NCBI GenBank assembly: GCA_050633645.1
Contig: JBOEGX010000004.1
Location: 282,248 to 346,247, forward strand
Length of the DNA stretch: 64,000 bases
From: Alphaproteobacteria bacterium
Lineage (GTDB): Bacteria; Pseudomonadota; Alphaproteobacteria; Micavibrionales; Micavibrionaceae
Direction: 5' to 3'
The notes beneath the pieces were generated by a model. The model had not been told where the DNA came from, searched no databases, and worked only from the letters and a program-made list of their open reading frames with translations. The translations under genes were made by a program, and so were the position numbers. Below, one piece after another: positions 11,471-20,437 of the stretch. The first letter of the stretch is position 1; each line of letters begins with the position of its first letter.

Positions 11471-12496
11471 TTACTCTTCCGCCGTCAAAATTAATTGCCC
11501 TGCCTTCGGATCAACTTCAAAGATCACCCCACCCAATGTTTGCTTGCGAAACGGTTTTTCATGTATCAAATCATAACAAAGACGCTCGGCTTTTTCCATC
11601 CGCACCGCATAATCACGCCCCACGCAAAACCCGTTTATCGCCCTTAGGATTACGCGCAAAAACACCTCTTCATGCAATAATATCAACAATTTAAAATTAA
11701 ATACAACACGTTTCGATTTTTTATATATTACCGCACCATCAAATTCCTGCGCCGCAATCTCATCCAAGGCCAACCGCGCACGACCAATCCTGCGCGCACT
11801 CACCCCAAGGCGTTTGGCCGTTAATCCCTCACGCGCCAAAACATCCATGCTCCCGCGTAACCGCACCCGCGCATATGCCTCGTCATTATTGGACGGATCA
11901 TTCACATATTCAATTCCATGCTCGGCGCAATATCCAACCATATTCGATTTCGGAATTTCAATCATCGGACGGCATAAGAAAAACCCCGCCCCCATATCCT
12001 GAACAAACGGCATGCAAGCCAACCCATCCAAACCACTCCCCTTCGCAAGCCGAAACAAAAATGTCTCCGCCTGATCATCCAAATGATGCCCAAGGAATAA
12101 ATGCACAATTAAGTGCTCTGCCATAAATTCGCGCATCAAATCATATCGCGCCTTACGTGCCAATTCCTGAACGCGGGCGATGGGCTTTCCACCATGATCC
12201 CATTGCAATATATGATGCACAACATTCGGTAATGCGCTCAAACTACGTGCCACATGCTGCGCCTCATCCGCCGCCTCTGCGCGTAAACCATGATCCACGG
12301 TAATCGCATGAATAACAACGCCCCGCCCCGCAAAATACTCCGCCATCGCAAAGCACAGCGCCATACTATCCGCGCCCCCAGAAACACCAACAGCCACCGC
12401 GCGCACGCCATCAAGAGCCGTAGAAAAATTCCGCTCCATAGATACACAAAACGCATCCATAAAATCTACAGATGCGCCTTTTCCATTATCAATCAT
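11471..12496 (-). CDS. tilS: tRNA(Ile)-lysidine synthetase
   Basis: PP-loop VAVGVSGGADSMAL. Directly upstream of ftsH, a common pairing. The start could be a later Met. Confidence 0.9.
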   Translation of the reverse strand: MIDNGKGASVDFMDAFCVSMERNFSTALDGVRAVAVGVSGGADSMALCFAMAEYFAGRGVVIHAITVDHGLRAEAADEAQHVARSLSALPNVVHHILQWDHGGKPIARVQELARKARYDLMREFMAEHLIVHLFLGHHLDDQAETFLFRLAKGSGLDGLACMPFVQDMGAGFFLCRPMIEIPKSNMVGYCAEHGIEYVNDPSNNDEAYARVRLRGSMDVLAREGLTAKRLGVSARRIGRARLALDEIAAQEFDGAVIYKKSKRVVFNFKLLILLHEEVFLRVILRAINGFCVGRDYAVRMEKAERLCYDLIHEKPFRKQTLGGVIFEVDPKAGQLILTAEE

Positions 12497-12513
12497 TCGT
12501 TCAACTTCTATTT

Positions 12514-12613
12514 ATAATCGTTTGGATTTTTTCTGTGACGAGGCGCAAGCAACGAAGAATAGTTCACCTATTTTAGAAGCGCAGCAACGCATTCACAGGA
12601 TAACGATGCAAGA
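12514..12613 (+). repeat. Intergenic structured palindromic element, copy A
   Basis: Stem CTGTGA (12533-12538) pairs with TCACAG (12593-12598). Apical hairpin AATAG (12558-12562) pairs with CTATT (12568-12572). Conserved loop strings GGCGCAAGCAACGAAG and AAGCGCAGCAACG. The outer arms are weaker than in B-D. Confidence 0.75.
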
Positions 12614-13471
12614 TTAACGGCAATTAATCTTGGCCATCTCAGTATCCGCGCGCTTCAATAACGACACAGCCGAACCCGAATACTCACTCTTTAACTGCTT
12701 ATATGCAATGCACGCATCATCACTTTTCCCCATACCACTAAGCGCCATGCCAAGCTTTAACAAATTGCTCGCTGCCTTTGGACCTTTGGGAAATTGTTGA
12801 TACCCTTCCGCAAAGATACGCGCCGATTTCTCGTAATTCCCACGCACATAAAACGTCTCACCGTACCAGTATTTCGCATTGGATATCAGCGGATCATTCG
12901 GATACTCACCCATAAATTTCCCAAACTCATTCTCTGCGCGACTAAAATCACGCGCCTTAATAAATGAATACGCGTATTCATAGGCCTGCGCCGCCCCTAC
13001 CGAAGGGCGAACCTCTCCCGTATCAGGTGATTTATTCATCGTCCCCAATGTTTGGGTTTCTTTTGGCGGAGTATATTGAAAAGAACCGCTTGGCTTCTCA
13101 TCAACCTCCTCTTCCTCATCATCAAAACTCGACTGAGAGGTATAAGACGAACTCCCCGACTGATTATAAGGCGGCGGAGCAACAGCAGAAGCCCCACCAT
13201 TACCACCCTCAAGATCGCGCACACGCACATCAAGATCCCCCGTCACCTTCGAAAGTTCATTCTTCAAACGACGGATTTCAAAATTTTGTTCTTCAATTTG
13301 CCCTGTAAGGCGGCGGATTTCCTTTTCCATTTGCTGAAACCGAATTTCCATCTGCGCCGCCATAGCAGGATCAGACGATTGAGCCTGCAACATAGCAGGC
13401 TCCGCCAAAACCAGAACTCCAAAAGCACCTGCAAGAAGGCAAAGCTTTGTTTTCGTGTTTTTAATCGTCAT
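12614..13471 (-). CDS. cpoB: Tol-Pal system protein CpoB/YbgF
   Basis: Signal peptide, coiled-coil N-domain, acidic/Ser-rich linker, C-terminal TPR-like domain. Immediately downstream of pal. Confidence 0.9.
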   Translation of the reverse strand: MTIKNTKTKLCLLAGAFGVLVLAEPAMLQAQSSDPAMAAQMEIRFQQMEKEIRRLTGQIEEQNFEIRRLKNELSKVTGDLDVRVRDLEGGNGGASAVAPPPYNQSGSSSYTSQSSFDDEEEEVDEKPSGSFQYTPPKETQTLGTMNKSPDTGEVRPSVGAAQAYEYAYSFIKARDFSRAENEFGKFMGEYPNDPLISNAKYWYGETFYVRGNYEKSARIFAEGYQQFPKGPKAASNLLKLGMALSGMGKSDDACIAYKQLKSEYSGSAVSLLKRADTEMAKINCR

Positions 13472-13502
13472 ATTATTACTACCTTTTTATCTGGCAATTA
13501 AA

Positions 13503-14009
13503 TTACTGAACCTTCGTTACGCCACGGCGGTTTTGTGACCACGCAGAGTCATTAGACCCTGGTACAGCTGGACGTTCCTTACCATAGCTAATCGTGCTCA
13601 CACGCGACGGCGCAACACCAAGAGCAATCAGATAATTACGAACACTTGTTGCACGGCGCTCACCAAGCGCAAGGTTATATTCACGTGTTCCGCGCTCATC
13701 CGCATGCCCTTCAATAGACACACTCAAACTCGGATACTGACGAAGCCACGTCGCTTGATTTTCAAGCGTTGTACGCGCAGAAGATGTCAAATCCGTGCTG
13801 TCCGTTTCAAAAAAAATACGGTCACCGACATTCACAACCAAATCCGCCTGCGTACCTGGTGTTGGCCCCGCATCGGCATACATATCATCGGCTTCAACCA
13901 CAACGGCATCATCCATCATGCCTGTATCAATATCACCCTTATCCGCACCACCTGTACATGCACCAAGCACAAACACAGCAGAAAAAATCATAAAATAACG
14001 CGCAAACAT
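13503..14009 (-). CDS. pal: Peptidoglycan-associated lipoprotein Pal (OmpA family)
   Basis: Start chosen at MFARYFMIFSAVFVLGAC (lipobox LGAC; GAAGGGAA SD). OmpA-like C-domain (GHADERGTREYNLALGERRA). Confidence 0.93.
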   Translation of the reverse strand: MFARYFMIFSAVFVLGACTGGADKGDIDTGMMDDAVVVEADDMYADAGPTPGTQADLVVNVGDRIFFETDSTDLTSSARTTLENQATWLRQYPSLSVSIEGHADERGTREYNLALGERRATSVRNYLIALGVAPSRVSTISYGKERPAVPGSNDSAWSQNRRGVTKVQ

Positions 14010-14163
14010 AAAGCTATTCCCTTCTAAACTCTCAATTTCTCCGAATCGCACAGTTACGATTCGCAATTTTAATCGTCTGATTCATAATCCCTTATTTCAA
14101 TACTTGCAAGATCTTCCAATACCAAACAAAAAAACAAAAACAAAAACCTTAAAAGCAAAGTTA

Positions 14164-14997
14164 TTATGAACGCGGAATATCACGCAATAACAGCTCCGCC
14201 TCGTGACGATCATAAACATCTTCACATTTTTCAATATATTCTTCCAAACACACAACCGCCCGCTCATTTTCATTAAGCCGCATATAAAGAACTCCCGCAT
14301 CCAGCAACAAACGATACTCATCTGGCGCCACAATCCGCATACGCTCAATCATTATAACCGCCTCGCGATACTCACCCATTTCAATGCGACGCGACTTTAG
14401 ATGATTACACAAATGAACAATGCTTCCACGGGCATCCTGTGCATCATAATATCCTGTGGATAATTCCGCCGCCACCCCCAAGGCATCCTTCACCATAGCC
14501 CGCAAATCATGTGCCTCCATCACTTTACAAAGTTCACTCGGATCAAAAATAAGACGCTGCGCCATATGCTCGATACGACATAAATATCGCGACGGAAAAT
14601 CAAGCCCATAAATGCGCCATCCCTGCGCGCGCGCCGCATCCATATATAAAATGCATAAAGCCGTAGAACATCCCTTGCCCTGATCCAGAACGCGCATTAA
14701 ATCCGCACCCTCTAACGGCTCACCATCATCACTATAATATCCATGACGATCATAAATAACATGCTTAAGTGCGGCAATCCGCACCCCCGCATCATCATCC
14801 GCGCCCTCGGTCAATAACTCCCGATACCGCGCACCCACCTGATTTTGAATTTTTTCAAGAATCTGAATATAACGATGCACAGAAACGCCGACATGGTCAT
14901 CCGCAACCATTGCCAAAGCCGTAACCCCGATATTAATATCCTCATCGGGCATCATTGATACTGATTTCAAATGCAACGTGGCATCAAAATCAATCAT
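14164..14997 (-). CDS. SirB1-like transglutaminase-core/TPR protein
   Basis: GKGCSTALCILYMDAARAQGWRIYGLDFPSRYLCRI matches the SirB1 N-terminal family pattern, with a TPR-like C-terminus. Start taken at MIDFDATL (ATG 14997), overlapping the upstream stop by 8 nt. Confidence 0.7.
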   Translation of the reverse strand: MIDFDATLHLKSVSMMPDEDINIGVTALAMVADDHVGVSVHRYIQILEKIQNQVGARYRELLTEGADDDAGVRIAALKHVIYDRHGYYSDDGEPLEGADLMRVLDQGKGCSTALCILYMDAARAQGWRIYGLDFPSRYLCRIEHMAQRLIFDPSELCKVMEAHDLRAMVKDALGVAAELSTGYYDAQDARGSIVHLCNHLKSRRIEMGEYREAVIMIERMRIVAPDEYRLLLDAGVLYMRLNENERAVVCLEEYIEKCEDVYDRHEAELLLRDIPRS

Positions 14998-15718
14998 ATA
15001 TGCTGTCCTGACTCCATTGAATAGGATCCCCACTCGCGGCATCCGGCGCAGGCACGGCTTGTTGCTCTACCACAACACCGTTCACCGCATCACCCTGCCC
15101 ATTATATGGCGGAACATATCCCGCTGTGCGCTGCTCTGGCACACCCGCAAGCTTAACATAACTCACAACCTGCTTCACATTTCCAATAGTGCGCGCCTTT
15201 TCAATCACGTGATTAAGCTCACCCTGATCCTGTGCAAAACCCATCAAATAAACTGTACCCTGCACCGTATCAATCGAATAATTAATCGATTCAACATCAC
15301 GATCCATAATAAGAGCGGTGCGCAAACGCCCAGATATCCAGACATCCTTCGCATAACCAACAATCCCTTCACTATCGGCGACCTTAATCTCATTCATTAC
15401 CTGCAACACGCCCACGGGCTGCCACGCCAAGCGAACCGCTTCCACGCGATGCTGCGGGTCTTGAACAACTCCCGTAATCAAAACGCGCCCCTGATTAATT
15501 GTAAGATCCAACTTGGTAAACATATTAATATCATGCGAAAACCAACGCTCATTAATCTCGGCCTGTATCCGCGCATCACTCATCGCACGCGATAAACCAC
15601 CCTCCTGCACCGAAGCCGTCCCCGCCGCCACACCAACACCAGCCGCAATACCAACCGCCGTACAAGATGAAAGCGCCAAAGCCGCACAAGATAATGTTAA
15701 AACCGTATAATTCTTCAT
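14990..15718 (-). CDS. BON-domain lipoprotein (DolP/YraP-like)
   Basis: Lipobox LALSSC, two BON-like segments. Synteny with yraN/rsmI/LpoA-like as in the E. coli yraL-yraP region. Confidence 0.8.
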   Translation of the reverse strand: MKNYTVLTLSCAALALSSCTAVGIAAGVGVAAGTASVQEGGLSRAMSDARIQAEINERWFSHDINMFTKLDLTINQGRVLITGVVQDPQHRVEAVRLAWQPVGVLQVMNEIKVADSEGIVGYAKDVWISGRLRTALIMDRDVESINYSIDTVQGTVYLMGFAQDQGELNHVIEKARTIGNVKQVVSYVKLAGVPEQRTAGYVPPYNGQGDAVNGVVVEQQAVPAPDAASGDPIQWSQDSIYD

Positions 15719-15793
15719 AGGAAATTCCTATCCGTTTTATGAACAAATAAATAAATGACATCGCATATATACGAATCACTACCAAATTATAAT

Positions 15794-15820
15794 CATTTTG
15801 CTTAATTAGTGACAAGGCGC
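15794..15820 (+). repeat. Solo left-arm fragment of the intergenic element
   Basis: CATTTTGCTTAATTAGTGACAAGGCGC aligns to the consensus left arm CGTTTGGCTTTATTTTGTGACAAGGCGC. No apical hairpin or right arm follows. Confidence 0.55.
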
Positions 15821-15833
15821 TAGTTTAGCACCG

Positions 15834-16226
15834 TTAATACGAAGAACGCGCTTCCCACGCATTTTCCAAATGCGTCACATGAAATGGCGGCGTTATCGTA
15901 ATCACATCAAACTGCATTCCAAAATCTATATATTCCGGGAATTCACTCAAGAAAAACAACGCCGAGCGCTCAATCCTTTTTTGGGAACGAAACGTAACGG
16001 ATTCTAATGCGCTCGCCTTATTGGAACGCGCCTTAACCTCAACAAAACACAAAACATCATCTTGCTTAACAATCAAATCAATCTCACCAAATTTTGTCTT
16101 ATAACGGGTTTTAATAACCGAAAAACCCTTCCCCTCAAGATATTCCTGCGCCAAGGATTCCGCCTCAACCCCGCGTGCGTGATTGGTGCTATTTGCATCT
16201 GCCGCCCTCCCCTTACCAAACATCAC
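15834..16226 (-). CDS. yraN: YraN family endonuclease-like protein (UPF0102)
   Basis: GVEAESLAQEYLEGKGFSVIKTRYKTKFGEIDLI...FVEVKAR is the YraN signature. Confidence 0.85.
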   Translation of the reverse strand: MMFGKGRAADANSTNHARGVEAESLAQEYLEGKGFSVIKTRYKTKFGEIDLIVKQDDVLCFVEVKARSNKASALESVTFRSQKRIERSALFFLSEFPEYIDFGMQFDVITITPPFHVTHLENAWEARSSY

Positions 16227-17137
16227 GCCCCCAACCTTAACGCCATATCATAAATCTCTTTTTTCTTCCTGCCCGTCTGCTCCGCAACAAAGGCTGCCGC
16301 GTCTTTCGTACGCATCGTCTCCAACGCTTTCACCAACATCTCTTCAGCATCTTCATCAGATACAACCTCATCCTCGGGCGGAGCGACAACCAACACAATC
16401 TCCCCCTTTGGCGCACCATTCTCCTCATAATAAATCGCAAGCTCCTGCGCCCGCCCGCGCCTCACCTCTTCATAAAGCTTGGTAATCTCGCGCACAACCG
16501 CAACCTCGCGCCCCGCCATCACCGCATGAATATCATGCAAAGCCGCAATTAACCGATTCGCCGATTCAAACGCCACCAAGCTCGATGGCACATGCGCCCA
16601 CTTTGCCATCAAATCGCGCCGCGCCTTCATTTTATTCGGCAAAAACCCGATAAAGCTAAACGCATCACTGGGCATCGCCGATAACTGAATCGCACTTAAC
16701 GGCGCATTCGCCCCCGGAACAGATGTAATATACTGCCCCGCCTCACGGCACGCCCGCACCAATTTAAACCCCGGATCGGATATAAGTGGCATACCCGCAT
16801 CACTAATCAATGCAACAATCTTCTCCTCCGCCAAATACCCTATAACCTCATCAATCCGCGTAACTTCCGAATGATCATTACACGATATAAGGCGCCCCTT
16901 AATCTGATACGCACTTAACAACTTGCCGCTCACCCGCGTATCTTCGCACAATATAACATCTGCCCCGCGCAAAACATCCAACGCCCGCAATGTTATATCC
17001 CGCAAATTCCCAATCGGCGTCGCAACCAAGTACAGCCCCGCTCTCAATGGGCGAGACTGGGAAAACTGAAATTCATCATCAATCCCCTCTGGCATTTTAC
17101 TGTTTTCTTCTATATCTTCTGAACCCATAATTGACAT
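16223..17137 (-). CDS. rsmI: 16S rRNA (cytidine1402-2'-O)-methyltransferase
   Basis: GLYLVATPIGNLRDITLRALDVLRGADVILCEDTR. 4-nt overlap with yraN. Confidence 0.95.
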   Translation of the reverse strand: MSIMGSEDIEENSKMPEGIDDEFQFSQSRPLRAGLYLVATPIGNLRDITLRALDVLRGADVILCEDTRVSGKLLSAYQIKGRLISCNDHSEVTRIDEVIGYLAEEKIVALISDAGMPLISDPGFKLVRACREAGQYITSVPGANAPLSAIQLSAMPSDAFSFIGFLPNKMKARRDLMAKWAHVPSSLVAFESANRLIAALHDIHAVMAGREVAVVREITKLYEEVRRGRAQELAIYYEENGAPKGEIVLVVAPPEDEVVSDEDAEEMLVKALETMRTKDAAAFVAEQTGRKKKEIYDMALRLGA

Positions 17138-17161
17138 CGCTGTTTCTATTTTAAATATTAT

Positions 17162-17260
17162 AGTCGTTTCGCTTTACTTTAAGACAAGGCGCAAGCGACG
17201 AAATGTAGAAAACTACATAAGAAGTGCAGCAACGATGTCTTAAGGTAAATGGAAACCACT
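17162..17260 (+). repeat. Intergenic structured palindromic element, copy B
   Basis: 17162-17186 pairs with 17236-17260 without bulges (3 mismatches, 1 G.T). Apical hairpin ATGTAG (17203-17208) pairs with CTACAT (17213-17218). Ends 21 nt upstream of ATG 17281. Confidence 0.85.
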
Positions 17261-17280
17261 ATAAAGAGAATAACAGACTC

Positions 17281-18591
17281 ATGCGCGAATTACACATTGG
17301 ATTACGTTTTTCTTCACTTAAATTTGCACTTTTTACTTTAAGTGCGCTTTTCATACTTTCTGGCTGCGTCAGCAACGGCGGCTACAGCAAAACGCCATGG
17401 ACTCCCAAAGAGCACACAAACGTAAAGCCCGCCGAAGAAACACCCAGCGAGCTTTCTGCAAACGCAGTTGATAAATTCGAGCTTGAAAACGCCCAAGCCA
17501 TGGCACAGGGCGATAACATCCCCCCTGTAAAAGTCGCTATTCTTCTACCCATGAGCGGCCAACACATAAAACTCGGGCATTCCATGCTCAACGCCGCGCA
17601 ACTGGCACTCTTTGATTTAGGGTTTGATAATTTCGAACTCCTCCCAAAAGACACCCTTGGAACACCTGACGGCGCGCAAAAGGCCGCCCGCGCCGCTATC
17701 CGCGATGGCGCGCAACTTGTCCTAGGCCCTGTATTCTCCGCTTCCGTAAAATCTGCCCGCCCGATTGTTCAGGGCGCTGGCCTAAACATGGTACCATTCT
17801 CAACCGATTGGACACTGGCCAATAACAAAACATTTATGATCGGGTTTTTGCCCTTCGACCAAATCGAACGCGTCACATCTTACGCATCATCCCACGGCCT
17901 GACCCGCATCGGAGTGCTTAGCCCACAAGACAATTACGGCGACGCCGTTGTTTCCGCCTATTCCAAAATCGCCCGCCACACAGGCACGCAAAACACACAT
18001 GTGCAACGCTTCGCTCCCCAAGGCAACGACCTATCGCTCATGGTCAGAAAATTCTCCGATTACGACCAACGCAAGGCAACTGGCAATATGAACAACGCGC
18101 CATTTGATGCCGTTCTCCTGCCCGTCGGTGGCCCGCTCGCCCGTCAGGTTGGAAGCTTCCTGAACCATTATGACATGCCCCCCTCTCACGTCCGCCGCCT
18201 CGGCACTGGCCTGATGGATGATACCACATTGGCCACGGACAAAACGCTGGATGGTACATGGTTCGCCGCACCAGACCCCGCCCTGCGACGCAAATTCGAA
18301 ACCAAATACAAACAAACATACTTTGAAACGCCGCCCCGCATTGCCTCACTGGCCTATGACGCCACCGCGCTCTCCATCATCCTCGCCCGCATGAGCCTGC
18401 AAAATGGCGGCGCACTGGATTACAGCCACCGCGCAATTACAAACCCCAACGGCTTTGCTGGTGTTGACGGCATCTTCCGCTTCCGCCCTGATGGAATATC
18501 CGAACGTGGCCTTGCTGTTCTGGAATTCAACCGTGGACGCATAAAGGTCATTGACAAACCACCAAGAACATTCCAAAACAGCGCCTACTAA
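17281..18591 (+). CDS. LpoA-like / type-1 periplasmic-binding-fold lipoprotein
   Basis: Start chosen at MRELHIG...LFILSGC (lipobox). Leu/Ile/Val-binding-protein-like fold pattern. Divergent from rsmI, as lpoA is in E. coli. Confidence 0.75.
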   Translation: MRELHIGLRFSSLKFALFTLSALFILSGCVSNGGYSKTPWTPKEHTNVKPAEETPSELSANAVDKFELENAQAMAQGDNIPPVKVAILLPMSGQHIKLGHSMLNAAQLALFDLGFDNFELLPKDTLGTPDGAQKAARAAIRDGAQLVLGPVFSASVKSARPIVQGAGLNMVPFSTDWTLANNKTFMIGFLPFDQIERVTSYASSHGLTRIGVLSPQDNYGDAVVSAYSKIARHTGTQNTHVQRFAPQGNDLSLMVRKFSDYDQRKATGNMNNAPFDAVLLPVGGPLARQVGSFLNHYDMPPSHVRRLGTGLMDDTTLATDKTLDGTWFAAPDPALRRKFETKYKQTYFETPPRIASLAYDATALSIILARMSLQNGGALDYSHRAITNPNGFAGVDGIFRFRPDGISERGLAVLEFNRGRIKVIDKPPRTFQNSAY

Positions 18592-18613
18592 CAAAGAGTA
18601 AAAGCGATTGAAT

Positions 18614-18997
18614 ATGCCGGGTAAAAAGCACCTGTTCAACACATCAACTTGGATTGCATTATTTGCAATCACCTTGTCCCTGCTCGCCCAAACCACGCCT
18701 TTATGGGCAAAATCATCCAACGGCCAAGCCATAGAAATCTGTAGCGCATTCGGCTCACGCATTATCACAATCGATGAAAACGGCAAGGAAATCCCCGCCG
18801 CCCCGCAATCAAAATATCAAAACCATTGCCCCCTATGTTTCGTCAGCACAGCGCACGCAATCACGCCTCCCTTACAAATAATCGCCCTTGCGCGAACACA
18901 AACACATAAAATTGCCTACCCGAATTTCGATGAACAAACCCCATCAAAATCGGCGCATATATCACATAATATCCGCGCCCCACCCGTACATTCCTAA
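18614..18997 (+). CDS. DUF2946-like small exported protein with CxxC (tentative)
   Basis: N-terminal hydrophobic signal-like segment, ICSAFG and HCPLC motifs, ~125 aa. Family assignment is from memory of the DUF2946 pattern. Confidence 0.45.
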   Translation: MPGKKHLFNTSTWIALFAITLSLLAQTTPLWAKSSNGQAIEICSAFGSRIITIDENGKEIPAAPQSKYQNHCPLCFVSTAHAITPPLQIIALARTQTHKIAYPNFDEQTPSKSAHISHNIRAPPVHS

Positions 18998-19040
18998 AAC
19001 AAAAATAATAAATTCAACTAAATTTTTTAGGAGCTCAAAA

Positions 19041-20138
19041 ATGAGTCAATTAACAAAAGCCTGCCTAATGGGCGGAACAATACTATCCCTGTCCACCGCA
19101 AACGCATCCGCGCAAGACGCGCATATAGGGCACACTCACCACAAACACGACCACAGCAAAGCGCCAAGCGCGCCATTGCACATCATGGGCGACCACACCC
19201 ATAACAAGGGCGACTGGATGGTGTCGTACAAGGCAAGCCGCATGAATATGACGGGCAACCGCCAGGGCACAAACAACATATCACCAACCGATATCGTCAC
19301 CACCCTGACCAACCCCAATGCCCCGCCCGCCAATGTGCGCGTTGTCCCGACAAAGATGGACATGGACATGCACATGCTCGGCGCAATGTACGGTGTAACA
19401 GATAAGCTCACCGTCATGGCAATGGCGATGTATATGAAAAACACGATGGAGCACCTCACCTTCGCGGGCATGGCTGGCACAACCGAACTTGGCCGTTTCA
19501 CAACCCGCGCAAACGGTTGGGGCGACTCACATATCGGCGGAATTTATAAACTATACGAAACGCCCACCCATACAATAAACACTGGCCTTTCTATCAGCAT
19601 ACCCACAGGCTCAATCAAGGAAGAGGACACCGTTCTCACCCCCATGAACACAACCCCCACATTGCGCTTGCCTTATGCCATGCAACTGGGTTCAGGCACA
19701 TGGGACGCCATGCCATCGCTCACCTATACAGGCCACGCGGATAAGTGGTCATGGGGGGCGCAGGCACGGGCAACCATCCGCCTCGAAGACGAAAACAGTC
19801 AGGATTACCGCCTCGGCCATAAGGGCGCAATCACCGCATGGGGGGGATATGAAATCAATAACAGCCTCTCCGTAAGCGCCCATATAGAGGGACAAAAAAC
19901 TGGCAAGATCAAGGGTGCAGATGCACAAATCACCGCCCCCGTTCAAACCGCAAACCCCGATAATTACGGCGGCGAGAGCATCGATATCGGCGCAGGTTTT
20001 AGCTACAAACCACAGAACCAAGCCATAAAGGGCTTGGAATTCTCCGCTCAAATCTCCACTCCCATTTATCAGAACGTAAACGGCGTGCAAATGGATCGCG
20101 ATTGGAATATCACAACGGGCCTTACTTATCGGTTCTGA
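19041..20138 (+). CDS. Outer-membrane beta-barrel (MetA-pathway/phenol-degradation-like transporter family, tentative) with a His/Met-rich N-terminus
   Basis: Start at MSQLTKA (TAGGAG SD). Signal peptide ending ANASAQD. HIGHTHHKHDHS and MGDHTHNKGDWMVSYK; MDMDMHM and MAMAMYM tracts. Alternating beta-strand pattern and C-terminal GLTYRF. Confidence 0.65.
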   Translation: MSQLTKACLMGGTILSLSTANASAQDAHIGHTHHKHDHSKAPSAPLHIMGDHTHNKGDWMVSYKASRMNMTGNRQGTNNISPTDIVTTLTNPNAPPANVRVVPTKMDMDMHMLGAMYGVTDKLTVMAMAMYMKNTMEHLTFAGMAGTTELGRFTTRANGWGDSHIGGIYKLYETPTHTINTGLSISIPTGSIKEEDTVLTPMNTTPTLRLPYAMQLGSGTWDAMPSLTYTGHADKWSWGAQARATIRLEDENSQDYRLGHKGAITAWGGYEINNSLSVSAHIEGQKTGKIKGADAQITAPVQTANPDNYGGESIDIGAGFSYKPQNQAIKGLEFSAQISTPIYQNVNGVQMDRDWNITTGLTYRF

Positions 20139-20184
20139 TGGCTTTCAAGACACACCGATTCGCAATTCAGCCAAGAATCACCAT

Positions 20185-20214
20185 ACGCACTCCCCTACGG
20201 GGGGGTGCGTTTTG
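20185..20214 (+). terminator. Rho-independent terminator after the OM barrel gene
   Basis: ACGCAC-TCCCC-tac-GGGGG-GTGCGT followed by TTTT. Confidence 0.75.
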
Positions 20215-20437
20215 ATTTAAAAAACCCTATAAATGAAATGATCCATGCACTATAAGATATTAAAAATAAACAATATTATAAATATGATACGAACCATCCA
20301 AAAAAGAATCCTCGCCCCCTTGTCAAACACAAAAAAATAGGTCATATATTTTATATCCAAATACGACACGATAAGTTTCATACGCAATTATCTGGTGCCG
20401 CAAATCCTTTGCATGCATCAAATAGAGGAGAGAATAA

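Noticed and set aside
14121-14147. A-rich low-complexity tract (aaacaaaaaaacaaaaacaaaaacc) upstream of pal
   Set aside because: Simple homopolymer-like sequence in a spacer, with no repeat unit structure beyond A-runs.
18888-19040. N-terminal 51-codon extension of the OM barrel ORF, overlapping the DUF2946-like gene
   Set aside because: The internal ATG 19041 has a TAGGAG SD and is followed directly by a signal peptide. The extension is Arg/His/Ile-rich and overlaps the upstream gene.
20320-20350. Possible sigma70-type promoter for the TetR gene (TTGTCA ... CATATA/TATATT)
   Set aside because: The hexamers are weak and the spacing is ambiguous (17 or 19 nt). Not distinguishable from AT-rich background by eye.
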